DNA of 64,000 bases. Origin: Chrysomallon squamiferum. Its lineage: Eukaryota > Animalia > Mollusca. A program made the position numbers and the translations under genes. The notes under the pieces were generated by a model. The model saw only the letters and a program-made list of their open reading frames with translations. It made no database searches and was not told the DNA's origin. The stretch spans positions 8,184,001 through 8,248,000 of the forward strand of contig CM022677.1 in the NCBI GenBank assembly GCA_012295275.1. Reading direction: 5' to 3'. The first letter of the stretch is position 1. Each line of letters opens with the position of its first letter. This document shows, in pieces, positions 1 through 12,799 of the stretch.

Positions 1-715
1 CCAGTACATTAGAGAGATTATCGACATCAGAAACTGTATCAACTACAGAGAACACAACGTCACCTTCGAGAGGTTACCCGCTCACGTGGGTGTTACTGGA
101 AACGAGCTGGCAGACAAAAACGCAAAACACTCGCTAGAAGACGACACGATCGACTTTGACTCTAAATACAACGTTAACGAAATCATGACCATAGCGCACA
201 ATAAGCTAATAGAATGGTGGCAACAAGACTGGGACAACAAAACTAGACTATGGCATTACATAATTAAACCGAAAGTAAACTCGCCCAGCCCACTCTCAGA
301 CAACAACAAAACAACTCAAACTTTAACCCGTCTCAGAGTGGGAGTGACCTACGGACTAAACGACAGTAGACACAGACTCGAAAACACTGTGAGTAACAAG
401 TGCGGAACATGCCATAAACTGGACAATGTCAGACACTATCTGTTCTATTGCACGAAGTACGACAAGGACAGACGCAAACTAAACACAACTTTAACAAACA
501 TCAAAGTCAGATTTACTCCAGTTGACATTTTCAACTCTCCCAAACACTTAAAAAACAAGTAGACAACCTCATAATGCGATACGTGGAAGTAAAAAAAATC
601 AAAATATAAACATAGAGACAATTTCATAAAATACTACATAAAATAAACATATCCCTATCTAACCCCAGAACCAACTGGTAACCTCCCTTTCGACAGATTT
701 GCGGCCAAACAACTC

Positions 716-1060
716 CAAAAACATACAACAACGCGACGCTAACAACAACAAAAACATACAACAACAACGACTCTAACAACAACAAAAAACATACAACAAC
801 GCGACGCTAACAACAACAAAAACATACAACAACGCGACGCTTTTTTTTACAACAACGCGACGCTAACAACAACAAAAACATACAACAACGCGACGCTAAC
901 AACAACAAAAACATACAACAACGCGACGCTAACAACAACAAAAATACAACAACGCGACGCTAACAACAACAAAAACATACAACAACGCGACGCTAACAAC
1001 AACAAAAAAAAAAACAAACGCTAACAACAAAAAAACCCAACAAACGATGCTAACAACAAT
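716..1060 (+). repeat. ~33-bp minisatellite (aaaaacatacaacaacgcgacgctaacaacaac)n, about 9-10 copies, in the LINE 3' UTR
   Basis: The core aacaacgcgacgctaacaacaac recurs at near-regular spacing and degenerates at the 3' end. Confidence 0.9.
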
Positions 1061-1390
1061 GTGCATATACGCTACGAGATATTTTTGTTTCTCTTTTCCT
1101 CTCAACTCTCGTTATATAATAGTAAAACTAACAACGCGAATAAAACAAACAAATATAACAAATAAAAAAATATAAATAAATAAAACCCCAAAACATATAA
1201 AATGCGACGCTATATAACATAAAAACGCCCGATATATATGTATGTGTAACGATGTATATTTTTTCTTATATATCTATATATGTTACATAATATTTGGAAA
1301 TAAATAAATAAATTAATATAAATAAATAAACCCCCTCAAACAAAACCCTCAAAGTTTATTCCAAATTGCCCATATCAAATGCATATATTC

Positions 1391-1700
1391 ACCGTCCCCG
1401 TCCCCGTATATAGGTATATATCCCTATATATCCTGTCCCCTTCCCCTTATGTATCCCCGTCCCCATCCCTTATGTATTCCCCTTCCCCCCCCTTTGGATC
1501 CCCTCTCCTTAACTAAAAACCCCTCCCCTTTATTCCAAATTGCCCCCTTCCCCTTCCCCTTCCCCGTCCCCGTCCCTTCCCCTTTCCCCTTCCCCTTCCC
1601 CCCCCCCGTCCCCTCCCCTCCTTCCCCTTCCCCCCTTCCCGTCCCCGTTCCCTTCCCGTCCCCTTCCACTTTCCCTTCCCCTTCCCCTTCCCCTCTCCTG
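1391..1700 (+). repeat. C-rich polypyrimidine tract (CCCCTT/CCCCGT)n
   Basis: Directly visible. It explains the spurious Pro-rich and Gly-rich ORFs at 1424-1865. Confidence 0.9.
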
Positions 1701-1803
1701 TCCCGGAACCCATCCCTGGCGATCCCAGAGACCGGATCCATGATAGGCGTGCCTGAACCTTGAATTGGACGTGGGCACGTAAAAAGAGTTTTCCATCCTT
1801 CCA

Positions 1804-2282
1804 TCTTTGATCAGTGCCCTTCTTGAGAGTCTTTGTCTGCACAAGACAAAGGAAAACGCAGACAATGGTAATTATGTTTTAATGTTTTGTATATGTAACA
1901 TACATCTTGAATGATTGAAGATAGCTAAATCTATTACTGTTGAATTTTTCATAGTGTTATTCTTTTTTAAATTAGCACAGACGAATAATACTGACAGCAA
2001 GAAAACATTATCCTATAAAAATATAGTTATTGATAAACCAATTTCTGTTTTCGGTTAATGCAATGTCTCACAAAAGACTGAGGACCTACAATATGCCGTT
2101 TTCCAAACATACAGTACATAAAAATTATATATTTATTTGCAATCCCATTGATAATATATTATACAGAAATGTTTCTATATATTTTATCCAAAACTGACAT
2201 TATTTATAAATACTCTTGTAAAGTAGAGTCATACAATTTTTTCTTTTAAATTTCATTTTCTTGTATTCATTTTGTTACATAT

Positions 2283-2325
<43 letters not shown>

Positions 2326-3319
2326 TTTGGCACACCTTAACTTGTATAGTGGATAGGTAGACTTACTGATTTATATAGTTTGCTGTCAATTTAGCGTTTA
2401 TATTCCTTGTTAGGTGGCCATTAAAGCACCTTGTTACCGTACACTGAGCCTTAATAAAACATCCAAGGTGTTTAAAGGTGTGACCACGTGACAGTCGTCT
2501 CTTTATAACACTCCACAGTGAACCATCATAACACATTTCTGAACAGCAGTATTTAAACATACTCTAATTAATACGCATTGTAAAATTACACGATTTATAC
2601 CATCAGCCAGTTTCATTCATCTGCAGTCATAAAGCAAACCAGTTTTCATTTTGTGTCGTATTTCATCAGTAAAGATTGTATTTTCTATGTAGCTATATTT
2701 AAAAAAAAACTAAAATAAGAAAACTTTCAGTGCTAACCAGCTTGGTACGGTGTGACAACCTCATTAGTGCCTCTTTGCGAGACTTGTTTTTAATTGTAAT
2801 TTTGTTTTCTTTGTAGTGAATTATAGAATTTCACTAAATCTTTATTGTTATATGCCCATTAAAGCGGAATGTCTGCTACATTTTATCTTAAATATCTTAT
2901 TATATTACGATAATATTTATTTAGCTATCTTGTACAATCATGTTTATAATTTATATTTTTACAGTCGTTAACTGTTTGCCTAATTAATGACAGAAAATGG
3001 TGGTATATACACAAAAACTAAATAGAACGTATGCAGATGTACATGGGCTATTTAGAAGCTGTATTATATGATTAGGGGAAGTTCCGTTATTTGATAAACT
3101 AAGAAACACTGAGGTTTAAGTAACTGAAAATTGGTATTAAAAGCATCAAAGTAAATTCAGAAAGGCTATCTGCAGAGCTGTAGCTATGCATGTATAAGTA
3201 GTCACACGCGTTTTGAACGAGATCTCTTTGATCAGTGCCCTTCTTGAGAGTGTTTGTCTGCACAAGACAAAGGAAAACGCTGACAATGGTAATTATGGTT
3301 TAATGTTTTGTATATGTAA
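1804..3319 (+). repeat. 95-bp direct repeat, 1804-1898 and 3225-3319
   Basis: tctttgatcagtgcccttcttgagagt...tatatgtaa occurs twice with 3 mismatches by manual alignment. The first copy abuts the LINE tail. Confidence 0.9.
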
Positions 3320-4056
3320 GATAACGTATTTTAATAATTAAAAGATTATTTAGAAAGATCAAGTAACCAACTGGGCTGAATTAGTTTTGTATTATTTGTC
3401 AACGCTATTTGCTTTGATAACGTATCGTCGAATCGTACGATTTAACTATGTAATTATATATTACCCTTGAGGGTTAATCTGTGTAAACAGCATATATATA
3501 TATATATATATTACCCTTGAGGGTTAAAAGCATATATATTATATAAAACAATTATCCATACTGAATTCGGGTTTGTGTTATTGTTCTCTCGTGGATACAG
3601 AATAGTCATTTAATAGTTAAGCTGTCTGAGATAATGAACACCTTGTCACCTGACGCTATTATAGTCTGCTACCCTTTGAGGTACTAACACCACTCAGACT
3701 AGTCACATGACATATGGCACTACCTAAAATCCTTTAAGTTAGCATCTCAGAAAACACCCAACTCCTTGTAATGCCAAAATTAACTGAGAGTTCCTGTCAA
3801 TATTATAAAGAGGATGGACTGTAATTAAGATTAAAAAAGAACAAATCACACCATAATGAACGTTTGTAATATTATGTAAAATGTTTCAATTTGACGAAAG
3901 TTTCAAATTTTGAGTTTCACAAATGTCTAATTTTGAACTGTTGCCATTATCTTTGAATTCAGCTTACGTTAACACGTCACACAGCAAACTGCCTAAATAA
4001 CAAGTTGGTATTTGCTTCATTAATTAAACTTTTACCTGTCTGTGTATCAATTTCAG

Positions 4057-4187
4057 GTGCTGATTTATACAGGTATTTGGAAGACGCGCCAGATCGTGTT
4101 GTTCTCATCATCAGCGCTGACCTCGCACACACGCATCTCAGCACTGACCCATACGGCTACTCCAACGCATCAGAGCCATTCGACCAT
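4057..4187 (+). CDS. Internal exon of a LigB / class III extradiol dioxygenase subunit B / Memo-like (TTE1956-type) protein
   Basis: Acceptor tttcag|G and donor CAT|gtaagt. It translates GADLYRYLEDAPDRVVLIISADLAHTHLSTDPYGYSNASEPFDH, matching the LigB/Memo motif R-V-x-x-I-x-S-x-D-L-x-H...PYG...FD. No other exons were recognised; a gap follows. Confidence 0.75.
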
Positions 4188-4525
4188 GTAAGTACAACCA
4201 GTCAGTCGTGCTTGAACCTTTTAAAAATACTTTAAAATTTCACCAGCACAACAGTATCAAAGCAGATATGTTTTGTAATAGCACCTGAGCATATTTTTAT
4301 ATTTGTGATTAGTAGGTGTTAACTAGGCTTATTTATTTGTTTGAATTAATGAATGGAACTGACGTTTGGGAGGATTTCTAAAACTATTTATGTTTAATGT
4401 TATGGGTAGGAAAGAACATGCTGCAACTGTTTTGTCTTCAGTGCTGAAAGACTTGTGTGGTTAGTACATAACTGATCACAGTTTGTTTTTGTTTCATTAA
4501 TACAGCTGTCACGATGGTTCTCATT

Positions 4526-4725
4526 NNNNNNNNNNNNNNNNNNNNNNNNNNNNNNNNNNNNNNNNNNNNNNNNNNNNNNNNNNNNNNNNNNNNNNNNNNN
4601 NNNNNNNNNNNNNNNNNNNNNNNNNNNNNNNNNNNNNNNNNNNNNNNNNNNNNNNNNNNNNNNNNNNNNNNNNNNNNNNNNNNNNNNNNNNNNNNNNNNN
4701 NNNNNNNNNNNNNNNNNNNNNNNNN
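4526..4725. other. Assembly gap (200 N)
   Basis: Run of exactly 200 N, the same size as the second gap, so a placeholder of unknown true length. Confidence 0.99.
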
Positions 4726-5605
4726 TTTATCTGGCTGCTATATTTTAACCCTGAATATTCACTGTACATCTCAAATAGAAATATTAAGATGAATATCTCT
4801 TCATATATAATTAATTATTTGCTAATATTTCAAGTGTAACCTCAGCTTTTAAATATACATCTGTCTAGAAAAAGAAACTTAGTATTTGATTATCAACACC
4901 ATCTGAGGTGCAGCTAAAAACTAATCCTGATTTTGTTAGTAACAGAAAATTGGAATCTGGAAGGCCTGTTTATTTCTGAATTTCTCAACTATCCTTCTTG
5001 AATGAGATGATATTCAAACAGTTATACGACAAATGATACTGAAAGTTACAGGTATGATTTCACTGTAAGCATTCGGAAGTATAGAGGGAGCTTCCGTGTT
5101 GTAATTCTTAAAAATAACAGTAGCTTTATATGTGACATCAAAAATATATCGAGAAATAAAGAGGGCGCATCTAGTGTAACATTTTATAAACACCAGAACA
5201 TGATTCACTGAAAAACTAGGATTAACTTCACACGGCCTTATGAAAATAACACTTGCAGTTTTAACGCCGCCATCACTATCTATATCAGATCTCACTAGTG
5301 TCTCAACAGAGGTGTGGCGTTAATATTAACACATCGTCGTTATGAAAATAAGCAGCTTAATTACCTGTAAAAAGAAAAAGGTGAGAATTATTACCTGTAA
5401 GAAGAAAAAGGTGATAATTAATTGGTGGTTGAGCGGTGATATTTATAGTTTGTAGGTAAGTATGTTGATTAATTTTAATCTCATATTTTATTAATATTGT
5501 AACATTTAAACATTTCACGACAGTTTGTACTGATTAGCTGAGAACAAAGATGTTATTTTATAATGTGAAATTTTTTCATTACATTCATCAGCGCAAGTTG
5601 TATAG
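4726..5605. repeat. Dispersed repeat with an inverted, diverged copy at ~37840-38685 and a short direct fragment at ~50580-50655
   Basis: For example cctgaatattcactgtac...gatgaatatctcttcatatataat versus the reverse complement of 38598-38680, and acgacagtttgtactgattag versus the reverse complement of ctaatcagtacaaactgtcgt at ~37920-37940. Probably a non-autonomous TE; family unknown. Confidence 0.7.
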
Positions 5606-6422
5606 TCTGATATACTTTATATTTCTGACTACACTTTAGATATTAATATAACCTCTCCACCAATATATATAATTGTATACAGCATTTTAAAAATTAAATT
5701 TTAATGACTTGATTATAATTTAAAATTAATATTTCGTATAAAGAACATACTGATATTTAGATGTGGAGCGGCGATATAAAGCTTCTATCTTACGTTAAGA
5801 TCTCAAAAGTATTATAAATATGACGTTAATGCAGTTAATAATAAAATATTTTCTTTTTTTGTATGTGTGTGTGTGTGTTTGCTTATGTGTGTGTGTGTGT
5901 GTAAAAAATGAAAACACTACTGTAAGGTAACACGCCTGTATTTTACAGGTTTGACATATCTAAACGATACAAACTTGGTCTTGATGACAGACTGTGAATC
6001 TTTATGGACGTGGAAGCATTTGACGGGAGATCTCGCGCAGCTGTTGGAGAAATGGGTTGTTTTGTTGTTTTCTTTATTAAATTTATATGTCCAGTTTTTT
6101 CAAACTCGGAACAAGCAAGGTATGCAGACCTAGACATGCACGTTGTACAAATGGATCAGATGTTTTAATTCATTGGGGAGTGACTGGGAAAACTAACTGT
6201 GTCTCTAGTGAAATCTTTCTGACGGGCATATGTCTGTACCCAAAGATTCCAGATCTCGCCAAGCAAAACTAAACTTTGTTATTAATCAAATAAACTGAAG
6301 AATCATGGATATACAATCAGACTTTATTTAAACTGTTTTTTTAAAAATATTTATGAAGTTAAACTTTTATCTGAACTCAGGTTTTGGTTATTTGTTTGAA
6401 TGTTTTACAAAAGGAGTTATTA

Positions 6423-6466
<44 letters not shown>

Positions 6467-7829
6467 GTTGTTATTTTATTTATTTATTTTTTGTTATTAT
6501 CAAAATTTTTTTTTATACAAAATGCATTTGTCTTGTTTTTTTAAATCAGTGTTGAAATATGTATTATAATTTTCTGCAAGTGTTAATACACATTTAATTC
6601 TGTTCCTGAAAAATGTAAAATTATCCTATTCGAAAATAGTGAATAAAATGCCTTTTGTAAACTGTGAATGTGAAACAAAATGACTCAATATTTTTCTCAA
6701 ATTCAGCAAACTAACAGAAACAACCATACGTTCATTTTTGTCTTTTGTAGATAACAACGTTAATTATTCAGCTTGGATTTGTTACACTGTTAACAATTAC
6801 TAATTGTTACAGCAGAAACGTAAACCGTTTGTTAACTGAGTCAATTCAGAAATTATACAGTGTTATACAGCTTATACACCAGCTCATTTATAGAGCGTTA
6901 TATCATTATTATTACTGTTTAGTCGATGACCGGGGAGACTGTTGTTTATTTTTTTATAACAAATAATTATTCAGCTATTTCTAATACAGCAGAAATTAAA
7001 CCGTTTGTTAACTGAGTCAATTCAGAAATTATTGTCGACCAGTTCATTTCATCATTATTTTAACCGTCGCTGTTGTTGTTATACAACAAATAAGTTAATA
7101 CAAACCGTCTTTATTTTAAAGTTTACTACAACAACAACAATAAAGTTATTATTTTATTGTTTTGGGGAGACTGTCACGGATCGTAAGAAAACAACAGTGA
7201 CTAAATATTTTAGGCTTCTGTCTTATCCTCTGGCGTCGTGTTATGATGGCGAAGTAATACTGTTTGATTTTATATTTTATATTTTAATTAATTAATTTAT
7301 TGTTTTATTTATTTAGTTGTTGTTGTTCTAGCAGTACAGTAAGGAGCTTTATTATGATTACAGTCTGCACGAAAGAAAACTGGAGAATAAGGTGTTTTTT
7401 GTTGTTTTTTTGGATATATATATATATATATATGGTATAAAATTAAGTAGTTAATTAATTAATGATTTTAAAAAACAACAAACAAGACAAATATTTCCCC
7501 CCGTCCAAAAACAAAAAAACAAAAAAAAAATTAAGAACATCTACAACAACCACAATAATAAATATATAACATTAACAATAAAACTAAATTTACGTAATAA
7601 ATATGACACTTCAGTTCACAACTGGATTGGTGTAAAAAATATATATACTCTTAAAAAAAGTAGGGAACTCTAATAAGAAATTACAATTGCTAAAATTATT
7701 ACCCGCGGAGAATGGTTTTGTGATATGAACGAATTTTATGTATTCCTCGTTCCAAGTCAAGTTGAAAAAAGCTAAAACATACACTGGCTCAAGAACGATC
7801 TCGCGACCTACAGTGAAAAAGGCTGGCTG

Positions 7830-7955
7830 TTACATGTAACCGATTGGTCCTGTGATGTAACACTGTCTATATTACATGTATCCGATTGGTCCTGTGATGT
7901 AACACTGTCTATATTACATGTAACAGACTGGTCAGATGATGTATCGTTATCCATG
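7830..7955 (+). repeat. 42-bp tandem repeat x3 (reads LHVTDWSCDVTLSI in frame); two units in the duplicate at ~15507-15590
   Basis: Units start with ttacatg at 7830, 7872 and 7914. Confidence 0.85.
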
Positions 7956-9009
7956 TTACAGACTGGCTTGTAACCAACAAGAAGTTGGAAGAGATCTCGT
8001 TCAGAAAACAGTGACAAAGAAATGAAACAACTGGAGTGTGTACTCGATCGACTGGAGAACGTTATCTCTTGTTGACGGAATGATTATACTGGAATTAATG
8101 ATGGAAGTGAAATGAGTAAAGATGAATTCATTGACAGATCTGGCTGGAGAACATATTTTTATATAAACAATGGGCCGTAACTCTTAAAAGCTTATAATTA
8201 TGTTGACTAAAAATAGTTGAGATTCAGTGTTAATTAATGGAAACTTCAGTTCCTGACACAAATGAAGTCCAGTTTTAATTTTTTTACAGCTTATAAAAAA
8301 AGATAACTACATTATAAAACATGTTGAAAGTTAAATATTACGGAAAAAAAAAAAAGGAAGTAATTTTAGTAAATCTTTCACTGTGGGTTAAAGTTAGCTG
8401 ATTTAAATATACATTTATCAAAATATTTTTTCTTTAGTTTATTTGGAAACATTGTTACGTGATAGGAAATGAATTGGTTAAATTTATTTCAAAACATCCT
8501 TAATTTTATCACACTGTTTCGAGTAAGGTTTATGCCCAGGGTTAACTTTAATATGAAAAAGCTGCAAGACCTGGAAAATGACACGAGGAGTTTCAGAAGT
8601 ATGGTTAGCATTTTGGTTAGGTTTTGGTTAGGTTTAGGTTAGTCCAACTTTTGTGCAGAGTTAAATGTCAGTTAACCTGAAGCGTGTCTTCATTCAGCAC
8701 AAACTGACAATTTATAGCTTTTTGGTAAAAGTAAATCAGTTCTGAAAGAGAACGTCGTTTTAACGAAAACCTTCGATTTTTTTTTTTTTTTTAAATGTTT
8801 TATTTTATATGTAAATATATATTTGATAAATTGGCTTTAAAAAAAACAAACAAACAAATAATAAATAAATAAATAAATAAATTAAAAGAAAAACAGACAA
8901 TACGTGTGTTGTAATATGATTTGTTAAGCTGTATCAGGTGAAATAATATCGCGTTCTGAAACTAATATCTTTCTACCTGCTAATAAAAGTCAACTATAAA
9001 TACTACTGC

Positions 9010-9270
9010 TACGTACAAACAACAAAACATAGTAACTGATATCTCAAAAATGTGAATAGATACTAAACTGCATCCTCACTGGGGATCTGTAAACTCGTCT
9101 TTTAAATCCCGGTGTTACAAAGCATATTTCGTCTTTTCTTCTCTATGCACGCTCGAGTTAGTTGGAGCAAGGGACTGATTCACAATAATCACAGAGGAGG
9201 GACACAGGGCCGGTACTGAGGCTTCAGTGTTTATAGGATGTGGAATAAAACCATATATTATTGTTTCATT
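9010..9270. repeat. ~260-bp repeat with further copies at ~10695-10950 and ~20335-20590 and a diverged partial copy at ~20752-20910
   Basis: Shared segments cactggggatctgtaaactcgtcttttaaa and caagggactgattcacaataatcacagaggagg. Confidence 0.85.
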
Positions 9271-10048
9271 TTGATTTGTTTTGTTTATTTATTTATTTAT
9301 TTTTATTTTTATTATTATTATTTTTTTAATTTTTTAATTTCAGTTTTCTATCAGTTCGTAACCTATAAGTAGAGAAATATGATGCTAAAAATAAATATTG
9401 TGACGTCCGGTTTCTCAAATAGATTACAATACAAATCACTTTAAGACACACACACCACAGACGCATACAAACGTACATACAACTTGGATATATATATATA
9501 TATATGCTGTCTCACAGATACGTGCAAACAACGAAAAATATGTAAAGGAGACATAGTAGTGAATAAATAAATACAAACATAAATAAATAAATAATGAATA
9601 CAGAAGTTACTACTATTACTACTACTTCCACTGCTACTATACTACTACTACTACTACTACTACTAATAATAATAATAATAATAGTGGTAGCAGTAGAATT
9701 AGTAGTACTAGTATAATTGATATTACTTTTGTTTGCACTACTACTATTATTAATATTACTAGTGTTACTAATTATACTATTACTGTTACTATTACTGCCA
9801 CTACTACTACTAATAAAACTCAGCTATAACTACTACTGCTAATATTTGTATAAGTTATTACTACTACTTCAACGACAACTACTTCTATTACTAGCTACGA
9901 CAATTACTACTACTACTAAGAATAATTGTAATTAATCAGTGTGAACAGTATGCCAGTAATATATTTCATAAGGAACAGTACATATAAATAATCAAAATCA
10001 AATAAAATGTGAATGCAGTTAAATAAAATAACAAAATAACGATTTTCA

Positions 10049-10095
<47 letters not shown>

Positions 10096-11100
10096 GGGAA
10101 AATACCAACGTAATAAATATAATAAAGTAAATTCATATTAACTAGAACATCTAGTAAATTTACACGACGATATTAAATGCCAGGATCGCTTAATAAACGA
10201 TGGATGGCCCTGACTACTACAACTACAACTACAACTAATAATCAGTTACAGTTTTTGTGGAACTGTCATAAAGAAGCTATACATTTCATAAATAAACCAA
10301 ATTAAATAAAAATGAGCAAACGAACGAACAAAATGACGACTGAACTAACGAGGGAACCAGAGAAAGAGAAAAACTAAAATAAAAAAATACTGAAAATAAA
10401 CATAAAAAGGGAAACAAAATTAACACTGTCACAACACAACTGAAGGCGTTATTATCATTGATGTTGTTTTTGTGTCATTGCAGTTACCGTTATTATTTCT
10501 TTATTGTTGTTATTACTATTACTATTACTTTTATTATTATTATTATTATTGTTGTTGTTGTGGTTGTTGTTATTAATCCTATTTGTGTTGTTGTTGTTAT
10601 TATTATTATTATTATTATTACTCTATGACGCACTGTATAAAGTGTTCTATTCACAGATTATGAAGGATGATCTTTGACCCTCTCTCTCATTACTACGTAC
10701 AAACAACAAAACTTAGTAACTGATATTTGAAAAACGTGACTAGATACTAAACTGCATCCTCACTGGGGATCTGTAAACTCGTCTTTTAAAGCCCAGTGTT
10801 ACAAATCATATTTCATCTTTTCTTCTCTATTCACGCTCGAGTTGGTTGGAGCAAGGGACTGATTCACAATAATCACAGAGGAGGGGAACAGGGCCGGTAC
10901 TGAGAGTTCAGTATGTTTAAGATGAGGTTCAAAACCATATATTTGTGTTTTATTTTATTGAGAAAAACAGTTGCACACACAGACAGATAGACAGAGATCC
11001 AACAGCAACACTGAAAACATTATAATGTTAAATGGTTTGTTACTTGTTACTTGTTATTCATTGGTGTGCAGTGTTTCGTTTTTGTCTCCGCTTTCGTAGA

Positions 11101-11228
<128 letters not shown>

Positions 11229-12599
11229 CTGCATCAACTAAGTTCCTGTGTTTGCTGTTTAAAAAAGTAATTATGAATAATGGATGACTGACTAACACTA
11301 CTTATTTTGTGACAAATGTTCTGTAATGATTAGAATGTAGCTTACAGGCGCCCTGCACGTTACACACGTATCAGTAACAGTAAGAATGTCTTCATGTTTT
11401 CCACTGTGTGGATAAAAAGAAACACAATAACAGTTATCTGATTCACATGTCGTAATACAGTGACTGGAACTTATCGACACTCAGGTTAAATAAGATGACT
11501 AAAATTCAGCAATTTTTGTTTACAGTTTTGTGGAGTAGAATTTGTTGTTATGAATAGGTGAGATAAAATACGAGTAAATCTCCAACCCAAACATTTTAGA
11601 TTTTTTTATTATTAGTAGTAGTAGTAGCAGTAGTAGTACTAGTATAACTACTACTACTACAATTGCTGCTATTATTATTACTATTATAAGTATTATTAAA
11701 GTATTATTATTATTGATATTTGAAACAATGACATTGGAAAATAGTTTGACTTTGTACTGTATCGTTTAAAAACATCACTATATGAACGAGCTTACTGAAA
11801 GGCTATGAAAACCAGCGAAGCGATAACTTGTATTATTCATACTGGACGTTTTTGTGCTCATGTTTTCTAAATAATCTGGTTCAACAAAACATTCATTCAC
11901 AATATCAACAAGATGTCAAAATTGTGACGGTTTTATTCAGACACACTATTCTCACACACAAACACACACACGTAAGGTAAACTGCAAATTAAAATACTTA
12001 GTAACACCGCTGACGTAATATTCAATCCCCTGTTCAATTCCCTATTTCCAAACATTTGAGAATTGCTCTCTGATTCAAACAGAAATATACTTGCTTGGTT
12101 TAGCTAAATAATAAAATATACAATATTATAATTTCATTAATTTAATTGCTTCTTTCTTTCTTTCTTTCTGTCTTTATTTATTTATCTTAAATAGAACGAA
12201 ATAAAATATATATAATAAAGGAATATATATTACTATAATTTTATTACCATTGTGTATATCTGACTAATATCATATATTCACCTTGTATCATGTTTTCATT
12301 ATTATAGTTTATTTATATATCTTACGAAAAAAACTGATACTATTCAAATTTAAAGAAGAAGTAATTTTGGCGGCTAAATGTATTATCTTTCTCCGACCTT
12401 CTACAAACCAGTTGCTGTGTCTATTATTACCGCACGTGTGACAGACTGTAACATGCATTTAAAAAATTAATGAACTACACTAATTATGTTAAGGTAGTTG
12501 TTACTTTCACTGCTGTTTACTTTACCACAACCATTTAAAACATTCACGATTATTTTTATCTCAGAAGAAACAAAAGTGTTCTAGAAAGTTTCAAGACGT

Positions 12600-12729
12600 C
12601 CACCCCTTTATTGAAATTGGTTTATTCCACTCACCGAGTGACGTCTGTCAAAACCGACTTCTCCGCCAGCAAACTGACATTGAAGAGAACTGTTTGCAGG
12701 TGTTAAACTTTTCATTTCTTAAGACAAAG
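12600..12729 (+). pseudogene. Orphan duplicate of the putative TRIM promoter and non-coding first exon, with no downstream coding exon
   Basis: Near-identical to ~23220-23361, including the AAAG|gtaaga donor at 12730. The intron copy runs to ~13780, then the sequence restarts the next duplication unit instead of the RING exon. Confidence 0.6.
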
Positions 12730-12737
12730 GTAAGAAG

Positions 12738-12799
<62 letters not shown>

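Larger units (their letters stand above)
1..1805 (+). mobile_element. 3' end of an RNase H-containing non-LTR retrotransposon (I/Nimb-like LINE): ORF2 C-terminus, long 3' UTR and terminal stem-loop
   Basis: Frame 2 is open from base 2 to TAG 560-562. It reads ...VTFERLPAHVGVTGNELADKNAK (RNase H PxHxGxxGNExAD motif), then WQQDWD, LTRLRVG and a CGTCHKLDNVRHYLFYC zinc knuckle. The A/C-rich 3' UTR ends in a stem cgtgcc (1748-1753)/ggcacg (1774-1779) and a ttccatccttccatc tail. Confidence 0.85.

Noticed and set aside
716-1060. CRISPR-like look of the recurring aacgcgacgct core
   Set aside because: The intervening sequence is repeated too (no unique spacers), there are no cas genes, and the context is eukaryotic.
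1424-1865. Pro-rich and Gly/Arg-rich ORFs on both strands
   Set aside because: They are translations of the CCCCTT/CCCCGT tract, open in five frames because the tract lacks stops.
4514-4792. ORFs spanning N runs (also 57670-57967)
   Set aside because: Artefacts of assembly gaps.
8610-8645. ttaggt/ttaggg-like repeats suggesting interstitial telomere (also ~16245-16278)
   Set aside because: Only 3-4 imperfect units inside a duplicated block.
10640-10690. ttcacag-at(t)atgaaggatg resembling the TRIM RING exon start (also ~20285)
   Set aside because: Similarity is limited to ~15 nt and no Cys pattern follows.
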